From an uncultured Actinomycetes bacterium (GTDB lineage: Bacteria > Actinomycetota > UBA4738 > HRBIN12): a stretch of 64,000 nucleotides of DNA. Both the position numbers and the translations under genes were made by a program. The notes beneath the pieces were generated by a model. The model was not told the DNA's origin. It saw nothing but the letters and a program-made list of their open reading frames with translations, and made no database searches. Where the stretch lies: contig CAWAAO010000007.1 in the NCBI GenBank assembly GCA_963780015.1, positions 2,599 to 66,598 on the forward strand, given 5' to 3'. This document shows, in pieces, positions 49,542-59,302 of the stretch; position 1 is the first letter of the stretch, and every line of letters begins with the position of its first letter.

Positions 49542-50954
49542 CTACCCCGCGGTCGGGATCCGGATCTCGAACGTCGCGCCGATGTCGGTGGGTCGCAGGA
49601 CCACGGTGCCACCGTGGGCCTCCACGATCGCTGCGACGATCGACAACCCGAGACCGACGCCGCCGGTCGCCCGCGAGCGCGCGGGATCGCCGCGGTAGAA
49701 GCGCTCGAACGCGCGCGCCGCGGTGTCGGCGTCCATCCCGGGCCCCGCATCCGCGACCGTCAACACGACCTCGTCGCCGTCGGTGTGCACGTCGACGTGC
49801 GTCGGCGTCGCGGGCGGGGCGTGCACGCGAGCGTTCTCCAGGAGGTTGTCCAGCACCTGCCGCAGGCGACCCGCGTCACCGGCAAGGATCGCGGGCGCCT
49901 CGGCTTCGAGCTCGATCGGCCGCGACGGGTCGATCGCGCGCGCGGCATCGACGGCGTCGGCGGCCACCTGTGCGAGATCGACCGGCTCTCGCTCGAGGGG
50001 CCGGCCCTGGTCCAGACGCGCGAGCAGCAGCAGGTCGTCGACGAGCACCCCCATGCGCTCGGCCTCGGCCTCGATCCGTGCCATCGACGTGGCGAGGTCC
50101 TCCGGGCGCGTGTTCGCCCCGCGGCGGAACAGCTCCGCATACCCCCGGATCGAGGTCAGCGGCGTCCGCAGCTCGTGCGACGCATCGGCGATGAATCGCC
50201 GGAGCCGTGACTCGGAGGCGCGGCGTTCCTCGAACGCGACCTCGATCTGGGCGAGCATCGCGTTGAGCGACGTGCCGAGCCGGCCGACCTCCGTTCGATC
50301 GTTCGCGGGTTCGACACGGCGCGAGAGATCGCCGGCGGCGATCGCGCCCGCGGTCGCACCGATGCCTTCGAGTGGGCGCAGGCCGACCCGCACGAGCCAC
50401 CAGGCGAGCCCGGCGACCAGCACCGTCACGGCGAGCGTCACCAGGAGCTCGATCCGGAGCAGCCGGCGGAGCGTCGCCTCCATCTCCGTGAGCGGGATCG
50501 CGACGACCAACGTGCCGCGGCCCGGCAACGGCCCCGTGGCCTCGACCCGATAGTCGACCCCGTCGGTGGAGGCGGCGGTGAACACGGTCGAGCCGGTGCC
50601 GTCGGCCGTCGAGCCGGGCAATCCGGCGGGCAGGGTCGGGGGTGTGGGCGTCGGGCCACCGTGATAGTCGAAGAACGTGTCCTGCACGACGGTGCCGGCC
50701 GGGTCCAGCAGCGCGGCGTAGGTTCCCGACGGCGGGCCGACGTTCCCCGGCGTTCCCTGCGGATCCTCGAAGGGCCCGCCCGGCCCGCTTTGGCGAAGCG
50801 CCAGCACCGCGAACGGCTGCGCCTGCTGCAGCTGTTCGTCGAGCCGTTGGGTGAGCGACGACGTCAGCGCGCGATGGGTGACGCCGTCGGCGATCAGGAG
50901 ACCGATCGCGACCAGACCGACGGTGACGATGAGCAACCGCGCCCGCAGCGACAT
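49542..50954 (-). CDS. Sensor histidine kinase (two TM, HAMP, HisKA, HATPase_c)
   Basis: ATG 50954 sits 2 nt after the regulator stop and follows GAAGGAG. The H-box is FIADASHELRTPLTSI, the N-box LLENARVHA, and the G-boxes DAGPGM and GGVGLGLSIV. Confidence 0.9.
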   Translation of the reverse strand: MSLRARLLIVTVGLVAIGLLIADGVTHRALTSSLTQRLDEQLQQAQPFAVLALRQSGPGGPFEDPQGTPGNVGPPSGTYAALLDPAGTVVQDTFFDYHGGPTPTPPTLPAGLPGSTADGTGSTVFTAASTDGVDYRVEATGPLPGRGTLVVAIPLTEMEATLRRLLRIELLVTLAVTVLVAGLAWWLVRVGLRPLEGIGATAGAIAAGDLSRRVEPANDRTEVGRLGTSLNAMLAQIEVAFEERRASESRLRRFIADASHELRTPLTSIRGYAELFRRGANTRPEDLATSMARIEAEAERMGVLVDDLLLLARLDQGRPLEREPVDLAQVAADAVDAARAIDPSRPIELEAEAPAILAGDAGRLRQVLDNLLENARVHAPPATPTHVDVHTDGDEVVLTVADAGPGMDADTAARAFERFYRGDPARSRATGGVGLGLSIVAAIVEAHGGTVVLRPTDIGATFEIRIPTAG

Positions 50955-50956
50955 CG

Positions 50957-51697
50957 TCACTCCTTCGGCAGGCGGAGCACATAGCCGACGCCGCGCACGG
51001 TGTGCAGCAGCCGAGGTCCGTCGGCTTCGACCTTCTTGCGGACGTACGACATGTAGGTCTCGACGATCGAGGCGTCGCCGCCGAAGTCGTAGTGCCACAC
51101 GTGGTCCAGGATCTGTTCCTTCGACAGCACGCGCCGCGGATTCAGCAGGAAGTACCGCAGCAGCGCGAACTCCGTCGGCGTCAGATCGATGGGATGCCCG
51201 GCGCGAGCGACCTCGTGCGCCTCCTCGTTCATCTCGAGATCTTCGAAGACGAGGCGCTCGGTCGGTGCCGCCCCCTGTGCGCGGCGGAGCACGGCGCGGA
51301 TCCGCGCCACCAGCTCCTCGAGGCTGAACGGCTTCGTGACGTAGTCGTCGCCCCCGAGGGTCAGCCCGCGGACCTTGTCCTCGGTGGCGTCGCGTGCCGT
51401 GAGGAACAGCACCGGCACGCGCACGCCGCGGTCGCCGAGCCGGCGCTGCACCTCGAATCCGTCGAGGTCGGGCAGCATCACGTCGAGCACCACGAGGTCG
51501 GGCCGGAACGACTCGACGGCCTCGAGGGCGGCGCGCCCGTCCCCGGCGGTCATCGTCTCGAACCCCTCGTAGCGAAGCGCGGTCGCGACCAGATCCGCGA
51601 TGGCGGCCTCGTCGTCCACGACGAGCACGCGGACGCCGACGGGGCCCGGCGCGTTCGCGTCGGGCCCCGTCGCGGTGCTCGATCCGGTCACGCTCAC
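50957..51697 (-). CDS. OmpR/PhoB-family response regulator
   Basis: GTG 51697 (or 51691) overlaps or abuts the upstream stop. The receiver domain reads VLVVDDE .. DLVVLDVMLPDLDG .. TKPF. The winged helix reads LTPTEFALLRYFLLNP .. VRGVGYVL. Confidence 0.9.
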   Translation of the reverse strand: MSVTGSSTATGPDANAPGPVGVRVLVVDDEAAIADLVATALRYEGFETMTAGDGRAALEAVESFRPDLVVLDVMLPDLDGFEVQRRLGDRGVRVPVLFLTARDATEDKVRGLTLGGDDYVTKPFSLEELVARIRAVLRRAQGAAPTERLVFEDLEMNEEAHEVARAGHPIDLTPTEFALLRYFLLNPRRVLSKEQILDHVWHYDFGGDASIVETYMSYVRKKVEADGPRLLHTVRGVGYVLRLPKE

Positions 51698-52077
51698 TCC
51701 TGTTGGTCGGGCAGCGACCCCGGGCGCGGCTCGGGCTCGTCGGATGCGTCGGCGACGATGCCCAGGTCCGTGGCGCGCTCCAGGTACTCGGTGCGATCGA
51801 TGTCGCCGCGAGCGTAGCGGACGCGCAGTTCCTCCTGGGCGTGGTCGCGGGGCGGAAGCGCCGGCGGCGGGCCCACCGGCGCCCCCACCCCCGCGAGGGC
51901 GGAGGTGCGCTGCGCGGTCAGCCGCAGCACCCCCCAGACGATGACGCCGACGAGGATCGCGAACAGCAGGAGCGGCAGCAGATGCGCCGGCCCGCTCCAC
52001 CACATGTCGTGATGGACGAACTGCGCCATATCGGGCTGCACGGGGCCCTCCGGCCCGTGTGGTCCGTTCGGATACAT
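51694..52077 (-). CDS. SHOCT-domain membrane protein
   Basis: ATG 52077 follows AGGAGG. It has one TM helix and the C-terminal motif LRVRYARGDIDRTEYLER, typical of the SHOCT domain. Confidence 0.7.
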   Translation of the reverse strand: MYPNGPHGPEGPVQPDMAQFVHHDMWWSGPAHLLPLLLFAILVGVIVWGVLRLTAQRTSALAGVGAPVGPPPALPPRDHAQEELRVRYARGDIDRTEYLERATDLGIVADASDEPEPRPGSLPDQQE

Positions 52078-52186
52078 GGATCCTCCTGGTGGCCGTGCCG
52101 CCGGGGCGGTTCCCGGTGGCTTCCCACGCAGTGCAACACCCGAAGCTTGGGGCCACCTGTGAGACGGCGCAGGATCGGCGGAGCGC

Positions 52187-53251
52187 TCAGCCCACGAGGC
52201 GATAGGCCCGGAAGACCTCGTGCTCGATCGGAAGCACCTCGATGTCGTCGAACCCGGCTTCCTGCGCGTAGCGGCGAAGCGTGCCGGGTCGCATGACGGT
52301 GCCGGTCCCGACGGAGCCGGGGCTGCTCATCCCGTCGGGCAGGCACACGAGAAGGCTGAAGCCGTACATCAGCCGGTCGACGTCGTTGGCGGGGGCCTCG
52401 AACTGCTCCGCCACGCCCTCGTCGACGACCATCACGAGTCCGCGCTCGGCCGCGAGACGCCGCATCGTTGCCAGCACCTTGGCCGGATACGGCATGTCGT
52501 GGATGCACTCGATGGCTTGCACGAGGTCGTAGCCGTCGCCGGGGTCCGCCTCGGCGGCGTCGCCGCCGTGGAACGTGACGCGATCGGCCACGCCCATCGC
52601 GATCGCGTTCTCGCGCGCCCGATCGATCGACCACTCGTCGATGTCGAACCCGTCGACGGTCGCGTCCGGGTAGGCCATCGCGATCGCGATCGAGGACCAG
52701 CCCGTGCCGCAGCCGATGTCGGCGACCCGGCCACCCGCGCGCAGGGCGGCGTCCACGCCGGGGAGCTGGGGGAGCCACTCGGTCCCGAGTTTCGCGAGGA
52801 ACAGCGGGCGGTTCGTGTCGCTCTGACCCGTGAGCATGTCGTCGCCGAAGCGCTCCCACGTGACGCCGCCCCCGGTGCGGAAGGCCGTGAGCAGCTCGGG
52901 CATGGCCTGCAGCGCGCCGACCAGCGCCCGGGCGACGCCCGCGGAGTAGGCCATCGAGTCTCGGTCCAGCACCACGGCCGCGTGCGCCGCCGGCAGCGAG
53001 TACCGCCGGTCCGCCGCATCGGCGCCGGCGTCGTCGACCTGCAGGTACTCGTTGGCGGCCTGATGCTCCAACCACTCGCGCGCGTAGCGCTCGTGGATCC
53101 CGGCCCGCTCGGCGAGCTCCGACGATGTCGCAGGGTCCTCGGCCATCGCCTGGTAGAGACCCAGCTTGTCGCCGAGGTAGATCCCGGCGAGCTCCATCGT
53201 TCCCTGGATCGATCCGAACACCTTCTCTGCAAAGACATCGACGTCGTCCAT
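52187..53251 (-). CDS. Class I SAM-dependent methyltransferase with N-terminal winged-helix-like dimerisation region
   Basis: ATG 53251 follows GGGAGG and lies within ORF 52187..53485. Motif I is VADIGCGTGWSS. The protein is 354 aa. Confidence 0.8.
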   Translation of the reverse strand: MDDVDVFAEKVFGSIQGTMELAGIYLGDKLGLYQAMAEDPATSSELAERAGIHERYAREWLEHQAANEYLQVDDAGADAADRRYSLPAAHAAVVLDRDSMAYSAGVARALVGALQAMPELLTAFRTGGGVTWERFGDDMLTGQSDTNRPLFLAKLGTEWLPQLPGVDAALRAGGRVADIGCGTGWSSIAIAMAYPDATVDGFDIDEWSIDRARENAIAMGVADRVTFHGGDAAEADPGDGYDLVQAIECIHDMPYPAKVLATMRRLAAERGLVMVVDEGVAEQFEAPANDVDRLMYGFSLLVCLPDGMSSPGSVGTGTVMRPGTLRRYAQEAGFDDIEVLPIEHEVFRAYRLVG

Positions 53252-53399
53252 CCGCCCACCTCCCGGCGGCACCCTACGACGGGACGCACGGCGGCGCGAC
53301 TCCCGGTGTGTTTGGCGCCGGCCGGCTCCGTGTGTCACGATGCGGCCGCAACGAGCAACGCCCTTTGGTGACCGGATGACGCGCGTCGTCCGGGCGGGG

Positions 53400-53580
53400 C
53401 CGCATGGCGCGGTCCCGTAGGGAAGCCGGTGAGAATCCGGCACGGTCGCGCCACTGTGACCGGGGAGCGAACCCGACGGAACCACTGGGATCGATGCGTC
53501 GCAGGCTATCTGGCCGAGCGGCGACGGTCCTGGGAAGGCCGGGGGAGCGACGATCCGGGAGTCAGGAAACCTGCCGAGGG
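53400..53580 (+). promoter_or_regulatory. Cobalamin (B12) riboswitch
   Basis: Conserved core AGGGAAGCCGGTGAGAATCCGGCACGGTCGCGCCACTGTGACCGGGG, then CCACTGGGA, CTGGGAAGGCC and the B12 box AGTCAGGAAACCTGCC (53560-53575). A GGCCGAG...CTCGGCC hairpin (53580-53608) abuts the GAGAAGGAG RBS. Confidence 0.85.
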
Positions 53581-53622
53581 GCCGAGTCCGACGGCCGCGC
53601 GCTCGGCCGAGAAGGAGTCACC

Positions 53623-54567
53623 GTGTATCGGATCCGTTCCCTCGGGAGTCTGTTCTCGCTCGCCTTGTCTCTGCTGCTGGTCGCGTGCGCGTCCTCGAGC
53701 TCGTCTTCCTCGACCGCGGCTGGCTCTCCGTCTGCCGCGCCCGCCTTCCCGGTGACCATCGAGGCCGCGAACGGTCCCGTCACGATCGAGTCGGCGCCGA
53801 CGAAGGTCGTGTCGATCTCGCCGACCGCCACCGAGATGCTGTTCGCGATCGGCGCGGGCGATCAGGTGGTGGCGGCGGACAGCTACTCGGACTATCCGGC
53901 CGCCGCGCCGACCACCGACCTGTCGGCCTACGAGCCGAACGTCGAGGCGATCGCGGCCTACGATCCGGATCTGGTCGTCTATAGCGACGACCTCGGCGAC
54001 CTCCAGAAGTCGCTGGACAAGCTGCACATCCCCGCGGTGCAGCAGCCCGCCGCGGCGGCGATCGACGATGTCTATGCGCAGCTCGAGCAGCTCGGCCAGG
54101 CCACCGGACACACGACCGAGGCGCAGGCGCAGGTCGACGATCTGCAGGCGAAGGTCGCCGCCGTGTCCGCGTCGGTCGGCGACCAGGGGTCCGGCATGAC
54201 CTACTACTACGAGCTCGACGACACGTACTACTCGGTCACCTCGGACACGTTCATCGGCAATCTGCTCGGCCTGCTCGGTATGAAGAACATCGCCGACGAG
54301 GCCAAGGGCGCGAGCTCCGGGTATCCGCAGCTGTCGGCCGAATACATCGTCGCGGCCGACCCCGATCTGATCCTGCTCGCCGATACGAAATGCTGCGGCC
54401 AGGACGCGGCGAGCGTCGCGGAGCGGCCGGGGTGGGCCGATCTGACGGCCGTGCAGCACGATGGCGTCGTCGAGCTCGATGACGACATCGCCTCGCGGTG
54501 GGGCCCACGGATCGTGCAGCTGCTCCAGGAGGTCGGCGACGCCGTGCAGGAGCAGGCGGCAGCATGA
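53623..54567 (+). CDS. btuF: ABC transporter periplasmic-type substrate-binding lipoprotein, cobalamin/siderophore (BtuF/FecB) class
   Basis: GTG 53623 follows GAAGGAG and lies within ORF 53404..54567. The lipobox is LLLVAC. Motifs: VVSISPTATEMLFAIGAGDQVV and DPDLILLAD. It lies downstream of the B12 riboswitch. Confidence 0.75.
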   Translation: MYRIRSLGSLFSLALSLLLVACASSSSSSSTAAGSPSAAPAFPVTIEAANGPVTIESAPTKVVSISPTATEMLFAIGAGDQVVAADSYSDYPAAAPTTDLSAYEPNVEAIAAYDPDLVVYSDDLGDLQKSLDKLHIPAVQQPAAAAIDDVYAQLEQLGQATGHTTEAQAQVDDLQAKVAAVSASVGDQGSGMTYYYELDDTYYSVTSDTFIGNLLGLLGMKNIADEAKGASSGYPQLSAEYIVAADPDLILLADTKCCGQDAASVAERPGWADLTAVQHDGVVELDDDIASRWGPRIVQLLQEVGDAVQEQAAA

Positions 54568-54597
54568 AGCACGCGTCGCGGCTCGAGAGCGCGCAGC

Positions 54598-55632
54598 GTG
54601 CGCCCGAGCGCGCGCGGCCCTCGGCAAGCCGCTGCCCGACGTCGCATCGGGCGCTGGACGCTCGTCGGGTTCGCGGTGCTGTTCGTGTCGGTGCTGATCG
54701 GGCTGTTCGCCGGCGCGATCAGGATCCCGCCGATCGGGATCCTGGGTTGGATGGTCGGCGACGGCTCGCTGACCGAGCAGCAACGCGCGATCCTGGCACA
54801 GCTTCGGCTGCCGCGGGTCGTGCTCGCCGGGCTGGTCGGCGCGGCGCTGTCGGTGTCGGGGTGCGCGTATCAGGCCGCGTTCCGCAACCCACTGGCCGAC
54901 CCGTACCTGCTCGGCTCCGCGGCGGGCGCCGGCCTCGGCGCGACGATGGTGATCGTGCTCGGTGTGGCCGACGCGCCGTTCGCCTTGCCGGCGGCGGCGT
55001 TCCTGGGTGCGCTCGGCGGTGTGGGGCTCGCCTACCTGATGGCATCGACCCGGGCGGCGGGGCGCACGTCGACGTCGCTGCTGCTCGCCGGGGTGGCGGT
55101 CGCCTCGTTCCTGACCGCCCTGCAGACCTACGTGCAGCAGCGCGACACCGACGACCTGCGCGAGGTGTACGCGTTCATCCTCGGCCGGCTCGGCACCGGC
55201 GGCTGGCACGAGGTGCTGCTGGCGTTGCCGTGGGTGCTCCTCGCGTCCGCGGTCCTGCTGGCGTCGCGACGGCTGCTCGAGGTCCTGTCCCTCGGGGACC
55301 TCGAGGCCGCGAGCCTGGGCGCCCACGTCGCGCGTGACCGCGCCATCGTGGTGATCGCCGCCTCGCTCGCAACCGCGGCCGCCGTGGCGGTGGCGGGGCT
55401 GATCGGGTTCGTCGGGCTGATCGTGCCGCACGCGGTCCGGATGGCGACCGGCGCGAGCCACCGGCAGGTGGTCGGTCTCTCCCTGCTCTTCGGCGCGTCC
55501 TTCCTGATCCTGTGCGACGTGCTCGCGCGCACCGTCGTGGCGCCCGGCGAACTGCCGATCGGCGTCATCACGGCGATGATCGGCGCTCCGTTCTTCGCCC
55601 TCGTGCTGCGGCGGTCCGGGGGGGCACGATGA
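54598..55632 (+). CDS. btuC: FecCD-family ABC permease (BtuC-like)
   Basis: 344-aa ORF with LRLPRVVLAGLVGAALSVSGCAYQAAFRNPLADPYLLG and GLIGFVGLIVPH. The start codon is uncertain. Confidence 0.8.
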   Translation: MRPSARGPRQAAARRRIGRWTLVGFAVLFVSVLIGLFAGAIRIPPIGILGWMVGDGSLTEQQRAILAQLRLPRVVLAGLVGAALSVSGCAYQAAFRNPLADPYLLGSAAGAGLGATMVIVLGVADAPFALPAAAFLGALGGVGLAYLMASTRAAGRTSTSLLLAGVAVASFLTALQTYVQQRDTDDLREVYAFILGRLGTGGWHEVLLALPWVLLASAVLLASRRLLEVLSLGDLEAASLGAHVARDRAIVVIAASLATAAAVAVAGLIGFVGLIVPHAVRMATGASHRQVVGLSLLFGASFLILCDVLARTVVAPGELPIGVITAMIGAPFFALVLRRSGGAR

Positions 55633-56407
55633 TCGTCGCGCGCGACCTGCGTGTGACACGCGGACGCCAGGAGGTCGTGCACGGCGTCTCGCTCGAGGTG
55701 CCCGCGGGCGCGTGGCTGTCGGTCGTGGGCCCCAACGGCGCCGGGAAGTCCTCGCTGTTGCTCGCGATCGCGGGGCTGCTGCCCGCGACCGGCGAGGTGA
55801 CCCTGGACGGGCGGGCCTGCGCGAGCTGTCGGTGCGGGCACGCGCCCGCATGGTCGCGCTCGTGCCCCAGCAACCCGTGGTGCCCGAGTCCCTGACCGTC
55901 GCCGAGTACGTGCTGCTGGGTCGGACGCCCCATCTGTCGCTGTTCGGCTCGGAGGCGGGGCGCGATCACGAACAGGCGGGACGGGTGCTGGCCACCGTCG
56001 ACCTCGCCTGGGCGGCGGACCGCCTGGTCACGACGCTGTCCGGGGGAGAGTTCCACCGCGCGGTCGTCGGCCGCGCGCTCGCCCAGGAGGCCCGCGTGCT
56101 CGTGCTCGACGAGCCGACGACGGGTCTCGACCTCGGGCATCAGCTCCAGGTGCTGGAGCTCGTCGACGAGCTCCGTCGCACGGAGGGCATCACGGTGGTG
56201 TCGGCGATGCACGATCTGACGCTTGCCGCCCGCTACTCCGATCGGATCGCGCTGCTCGTCGACGGGCAGCTCGTGGCCGACGGATCGCCCGAGGCGGTCC
56301 TGCGCGCCGACGTGCTGGAACGGCACTACGGCGTGGCGGTGCACGTGATGCGCGGACCGAACGGCGAGCTGATCGTCGTGCCGGCCGCCGTGGCGGTGCG
56401 CCCGTGA
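55629..56407 (+). CDS. btuD: ABC transporter ATP-binding protein (BtuD/FecE-like); frame break near 55812
   Basis: ATG 55629 overlaps the permease stop (ATGA). The Walker A motif GPNGAGKSSLL lies in ORF 55512..55895. LSGGEFHR and LVLDEPTTGLD lie in ORF 55712..56407. The junction sits at GGGCGGG. The length is 3n+2. Confidence 0.8.
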
Positions 56408-56969
56408 GCGAGCAGCCGCCCATCGAGGCGCCGCAGCGCGCCGAGCGTCGCGTGGCCTCGCTCGTCGTCGTGCACACGGGCGACGGCAAGGGCAAGACGA
56501 CCGCGGCGATGGGCATCGCGATGCGCGCCGTCGGGCACGGCCGTCGCGTCGCCGTCGTGCAGTTCATGAAGTCGGGGCAGTGGCGCTCCGGCGAGCGGAT
56601 CGCGGGCGAGCGGCTCGGGATGGACTGGTCCGTGATCGGCGACGGCTTCACCTGGGACAGCGACGACCTCGACCGCGCCGCCGACATCGCGCGCGAGGCG
56701 TGGGCGCACGCCGCGGCCGATCATCGCGGCGGGGGAGCCACGACCTCGTCGTGCTCGACGAGGTCACCTACCCGATCACCTGGGGCTGGATCCCGCTCGA
56801 GGACGTGCTCGTCGCGTTGCGGGAGCGCCCCGAACGCGTCTCGGTCGTGCTGACCGGTCGCGACGCCCCCACCGCGCTCGTCGCGGTCGCCGACACCGTG
56901 AGCGAGAGCGCCAACACCAAGCACGCGTTCGACGGCGGGATCGCGGCGCTCGAAGGGATCGACTACTGA
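56404..56969 (+). CDS. cobO: Cob(I)yrinic acid a,c-diamide adenosyltransferase (CobO/BtuR type); two frame breaks within ~25 nt near 56725
   Basis: GTG 56404 overlaps the btuD stop. The P-loop is HTGDGKGKTTAAMG. The joined sequence reads AWAHAAAIIAAGEHDLVVLDEVTYPITWGWIP. The C-terminus lies in ORF 56580..56969. The frames step 1, 2, 0. Confidence 0.8.
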
Positions 56970-57511
56970 TGGGCATGACCCTCCTGCTCGGCGGTGTCGC
57001 GAGCGGGAAGTCGCGCACCGCGACCGCGCTCGCCGCCGGCACCGGTCGGCGCGTCACGCTCATCGCGACGGCGGAGGCGCTGGACGACGAGATGGTCGAG
57101 CGCATCGCACGGCACCGCGCGCAACGCCCCGCCACCTGGACGGTGGTCGAGGAGCCCCTCGCGCTCACCGCCGCGATCGAGCGGATCGCCGCGCCCGACG
57201 TGCTCATCGTGGATTGTCTGACGCTGTGGGTCTCGAACCTGTTGGGCGATGACGCGACGTCCGACGACGAGGTGCTCGCGCAGGCTGCGGCGGCCGCGAA
57301 GGCGTGCGCGAGCCGCGACGCGCCGACGATCGTGGTCTCCAACGAGGTCGGCGCCGGCATCGTGCCGGCCAACGCCCTCGCGCGGCGCTACCGCGATCTC
57401 CTCGGACGGGTGAACGCGACCTTCGCGGACGAGGCGGGCACCGTGGTGCTGATGGTGGCCGGCCGGGCCGTGACGCTGTCGGACCCGATGACGACGCTGG
57501 AGGACCGATGA
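56969..57511 (+). CDS. cobU: Adenosylcobinamide kinase / adenosylcobinamide-phosphate guanylyltransferase
   Basis: 180-aa ORF with the P-loop GGVASGKS, plus LIATAEA, HRAQRP and VVSNEVGAGIVP. Its start overlaps the cobO stop by 1 nt. Confidence 0.85.
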   Translation: MGMTLLLGGVASGKSRTATALAAGTGRRVTLIATAEALDDEMVERIARHRAQRPATWTVVEEPLALTAAIERIAAPDVLIVDCLTLWVSNLLGDDATSDDEVLAQAAAAAKACASRDAPTIVVSNEVGAGIVPANALARRYRDLLGRVNATFADEAGTVVLMVAGRAVTLSDPMTTLEDR

Positions 57512-58510
57512 CGAGGCTCGCGGACCTGCTCGCAGATCTGCCGGGCCCCGACGTGGCGTCCCGTGACGCCGTGGTCGCACGCGCCGCGACGGTGCTGCGG
57601 CCGACCGGCGCGCTCGCGCGTCTCGACGAGGTTGCCGCCTGGCTCGCCGCCTGGCAGCGCACCGAGCGCCCCGCGGTCGAGCGCCCCCACGCGATCGTCT
57701 TCGCCGCCGACCACGGCGTGGCCGCCGCCGGGGTGAGCGCCTACCCCGCCGAGGTCACGGTGGCGATGCTCGACGCCCTCGAGAAGGGCGCGGCGACGTC
57801 CGCCGCCATGGCCAGGGCGCTCGGCGTCGTGCTGGACGTGGTCGATGTCGGCGTGGCCAGACCGACGGGCGACCTTCGGATCGAGCCGGCGATGGATGCC
57901 GACCGCTTCGACGACGCCGTCGGGGCGGGGGTCGAGGCGGTCGAGCGCGCGGCCGCCGCGGGTGCGGACCTGCTCGTCTTCGGTGAGATGGGCATCGGGA
58001 ACACGACCGCCGCCGCGGCGGTGGCCGCCACCCTGTACGACGAGCCGGCGGCCGTGTGGTGCGGCCGCGGCACGGGCCTCGATGACGCGGGCCTCGCCCG
58101 CAAGGTCGAGGCGGTCGAGGCGTGCCGCGCGCGCGTGCGCGCCGGCACCGGCCGACCCGATCGAGATCCTGCGGGAGGCGGGCGGCGCGGAGCTCGCCGC
58201 GATCGCCGGCGCGACGGTGGCGGCGCGCCGGCATTCGATCCCGGTCGTGCTCGATGGCTACGTCGTGACCGCCGCGGTCGCGCCGCTCGCGTCGGTGCGC
58301 GCCGACGCGCTCGACCACGTGATCGCCGGGCATCGCAGCGCCGAGCCCGGCCACGGCCGGCTGCTCGAGCGTCTCGGGTTGGCGCCGCTGCTCACGCTGG
58401 AGCTGCGGCTGGGCGAGGGGACCGGTGCGCTGGCCGCCGTCACGCTCGTGCGCCTGGCGGCGGTCGGCGTCGTGGAGGTCGCCACGTTCCAGGAGTGGGG
58501 CCTGGCGTGA
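57508..58510 (+). CDS. cobT: Nicotinate-nucleotide--dimethylbenzimidazole phosphoribosyltransferase; one frame break at 58152-58153
   Basis: ATG 57508 overlaps the cobU stop (ATGA). GEMGIGNTTAAAAV lies in ORF 57304... The protein continues DPIEILREAGGAELAAIAGA .. LELRLGEGTGA in ORF 57845..58510. The length is 3n+1. Confidence 0.85.
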
Positions 58511-59295
58511 GCGAGCGCGCGGCCCCGCGCGAGGCCCACCGCCCTCGTGGATTCCTCGCCGGCGTGGCGTTCCTGACACGGATCCCCGTGCGCGTGGCGA
58601 TCGGGGAGACCGACGTGGCCGCCTCCATCGCGTGGTTCTCGGTGGTCGGTGTCTTGGTCGGCGTCGTGAGCGGCGCGGTCTACGTCGGCGCTCGGGAGCT
58701 GTGGCCCTCGGGGCTCGCGGCGGTGCTCGCGGTCGGGGCGTCGGTGGCGCTCACCGGCGCGTTCCACGAGGACGGCCTGGGCGACACCGCCGACGCGTTC
58801 GGCGCCGTCTCGACCGGACGCGATCCCGGGCCGGTGTTGAAGGACCCGCGGATGGGCGCCTTCGGCGTCGTGGCGCTGGTCGGCGGTCTGGGGCTTCGCG
58901 TGGCGGGGGTTGCCGCGCTCACGCCGCGGGCCGGCCTGCTCGCGCTGATCGCCGCCCACGCGTTGGCCCGCGGCGTGAGCGCGGCGGTCCTCGTGAGCGC
59001 CCCGAGCGTTGCGACCGGCCTGGGCTCGACCTACGCGGGGCTCGCGCCGCGCTGGCGCGGATGGGTGGCGTGCGGCATCGGGATCGTCGTCGCGACCGTC
59101 TGCCTCGGGGCGGCGGGTCCGATCGCGGCCGCGGCCGCGGGGCTGGCCGCGTGGGCGCTCTCGTCGTGGGCCGCGCGCGCGCTCGGCGGGGTCAGCGGCG
59201 ACGTGCTCGGCGCGATCGAGCAGGTCGGCGAGGTGCTCACGCTGCTGGTCGCCGTCGCCGCGATCGCGCGCGGGTTCGCCGGGCCGTTGGCGTAG
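58507..59295 (+). CDS. cobS: Adenosylcobinamide-GDP ribazoletransferase (cobalamin synthase)
   Basis: GTG 58507 overlaps the cobT stop (GTGA). It is the last part of ORF 57304..59295. The protein is polytopic, with FLTRIPV and GAFHEDGLGDTADAF. Confidence 0.85.
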   Translation: MSERAAPREAHRPRGFLAGVAFLTRIPVRVAIGETDVAASIAWFSVVGVLVGVVSGAVYVGARELWPSGLAAVLAVGASVALTGAFHEDGLGDTADAFGAVSTGRDPGPVLKDPRMGAFGVVALVGGLGLRVAGVAALTPRAGLLALIAAHALARGVSAAVLVSAPSVATGLGSTYAGLAPRWRGWVACGIGIVVATVCLGAAGPIAAAAAGLAAWALSSWAARALGGVSGDVLGAIEQVGEVLTLLVAVAAIARGFAGPLA

Positions 59296-59302
59296 CGGAC
59301 GC

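Noticed and set aside
54563-54600. An ATGA-coupled start of btuC at 54563 (MKHASRLES..) followed by another frame break.
   Set aside because: It would require a -1 shift, unlike the prevailing pattern. The GTG at 54598 already gives a plausible N-terminus (basic stretch, then the first TM helix). It remains possible but is unsupported.
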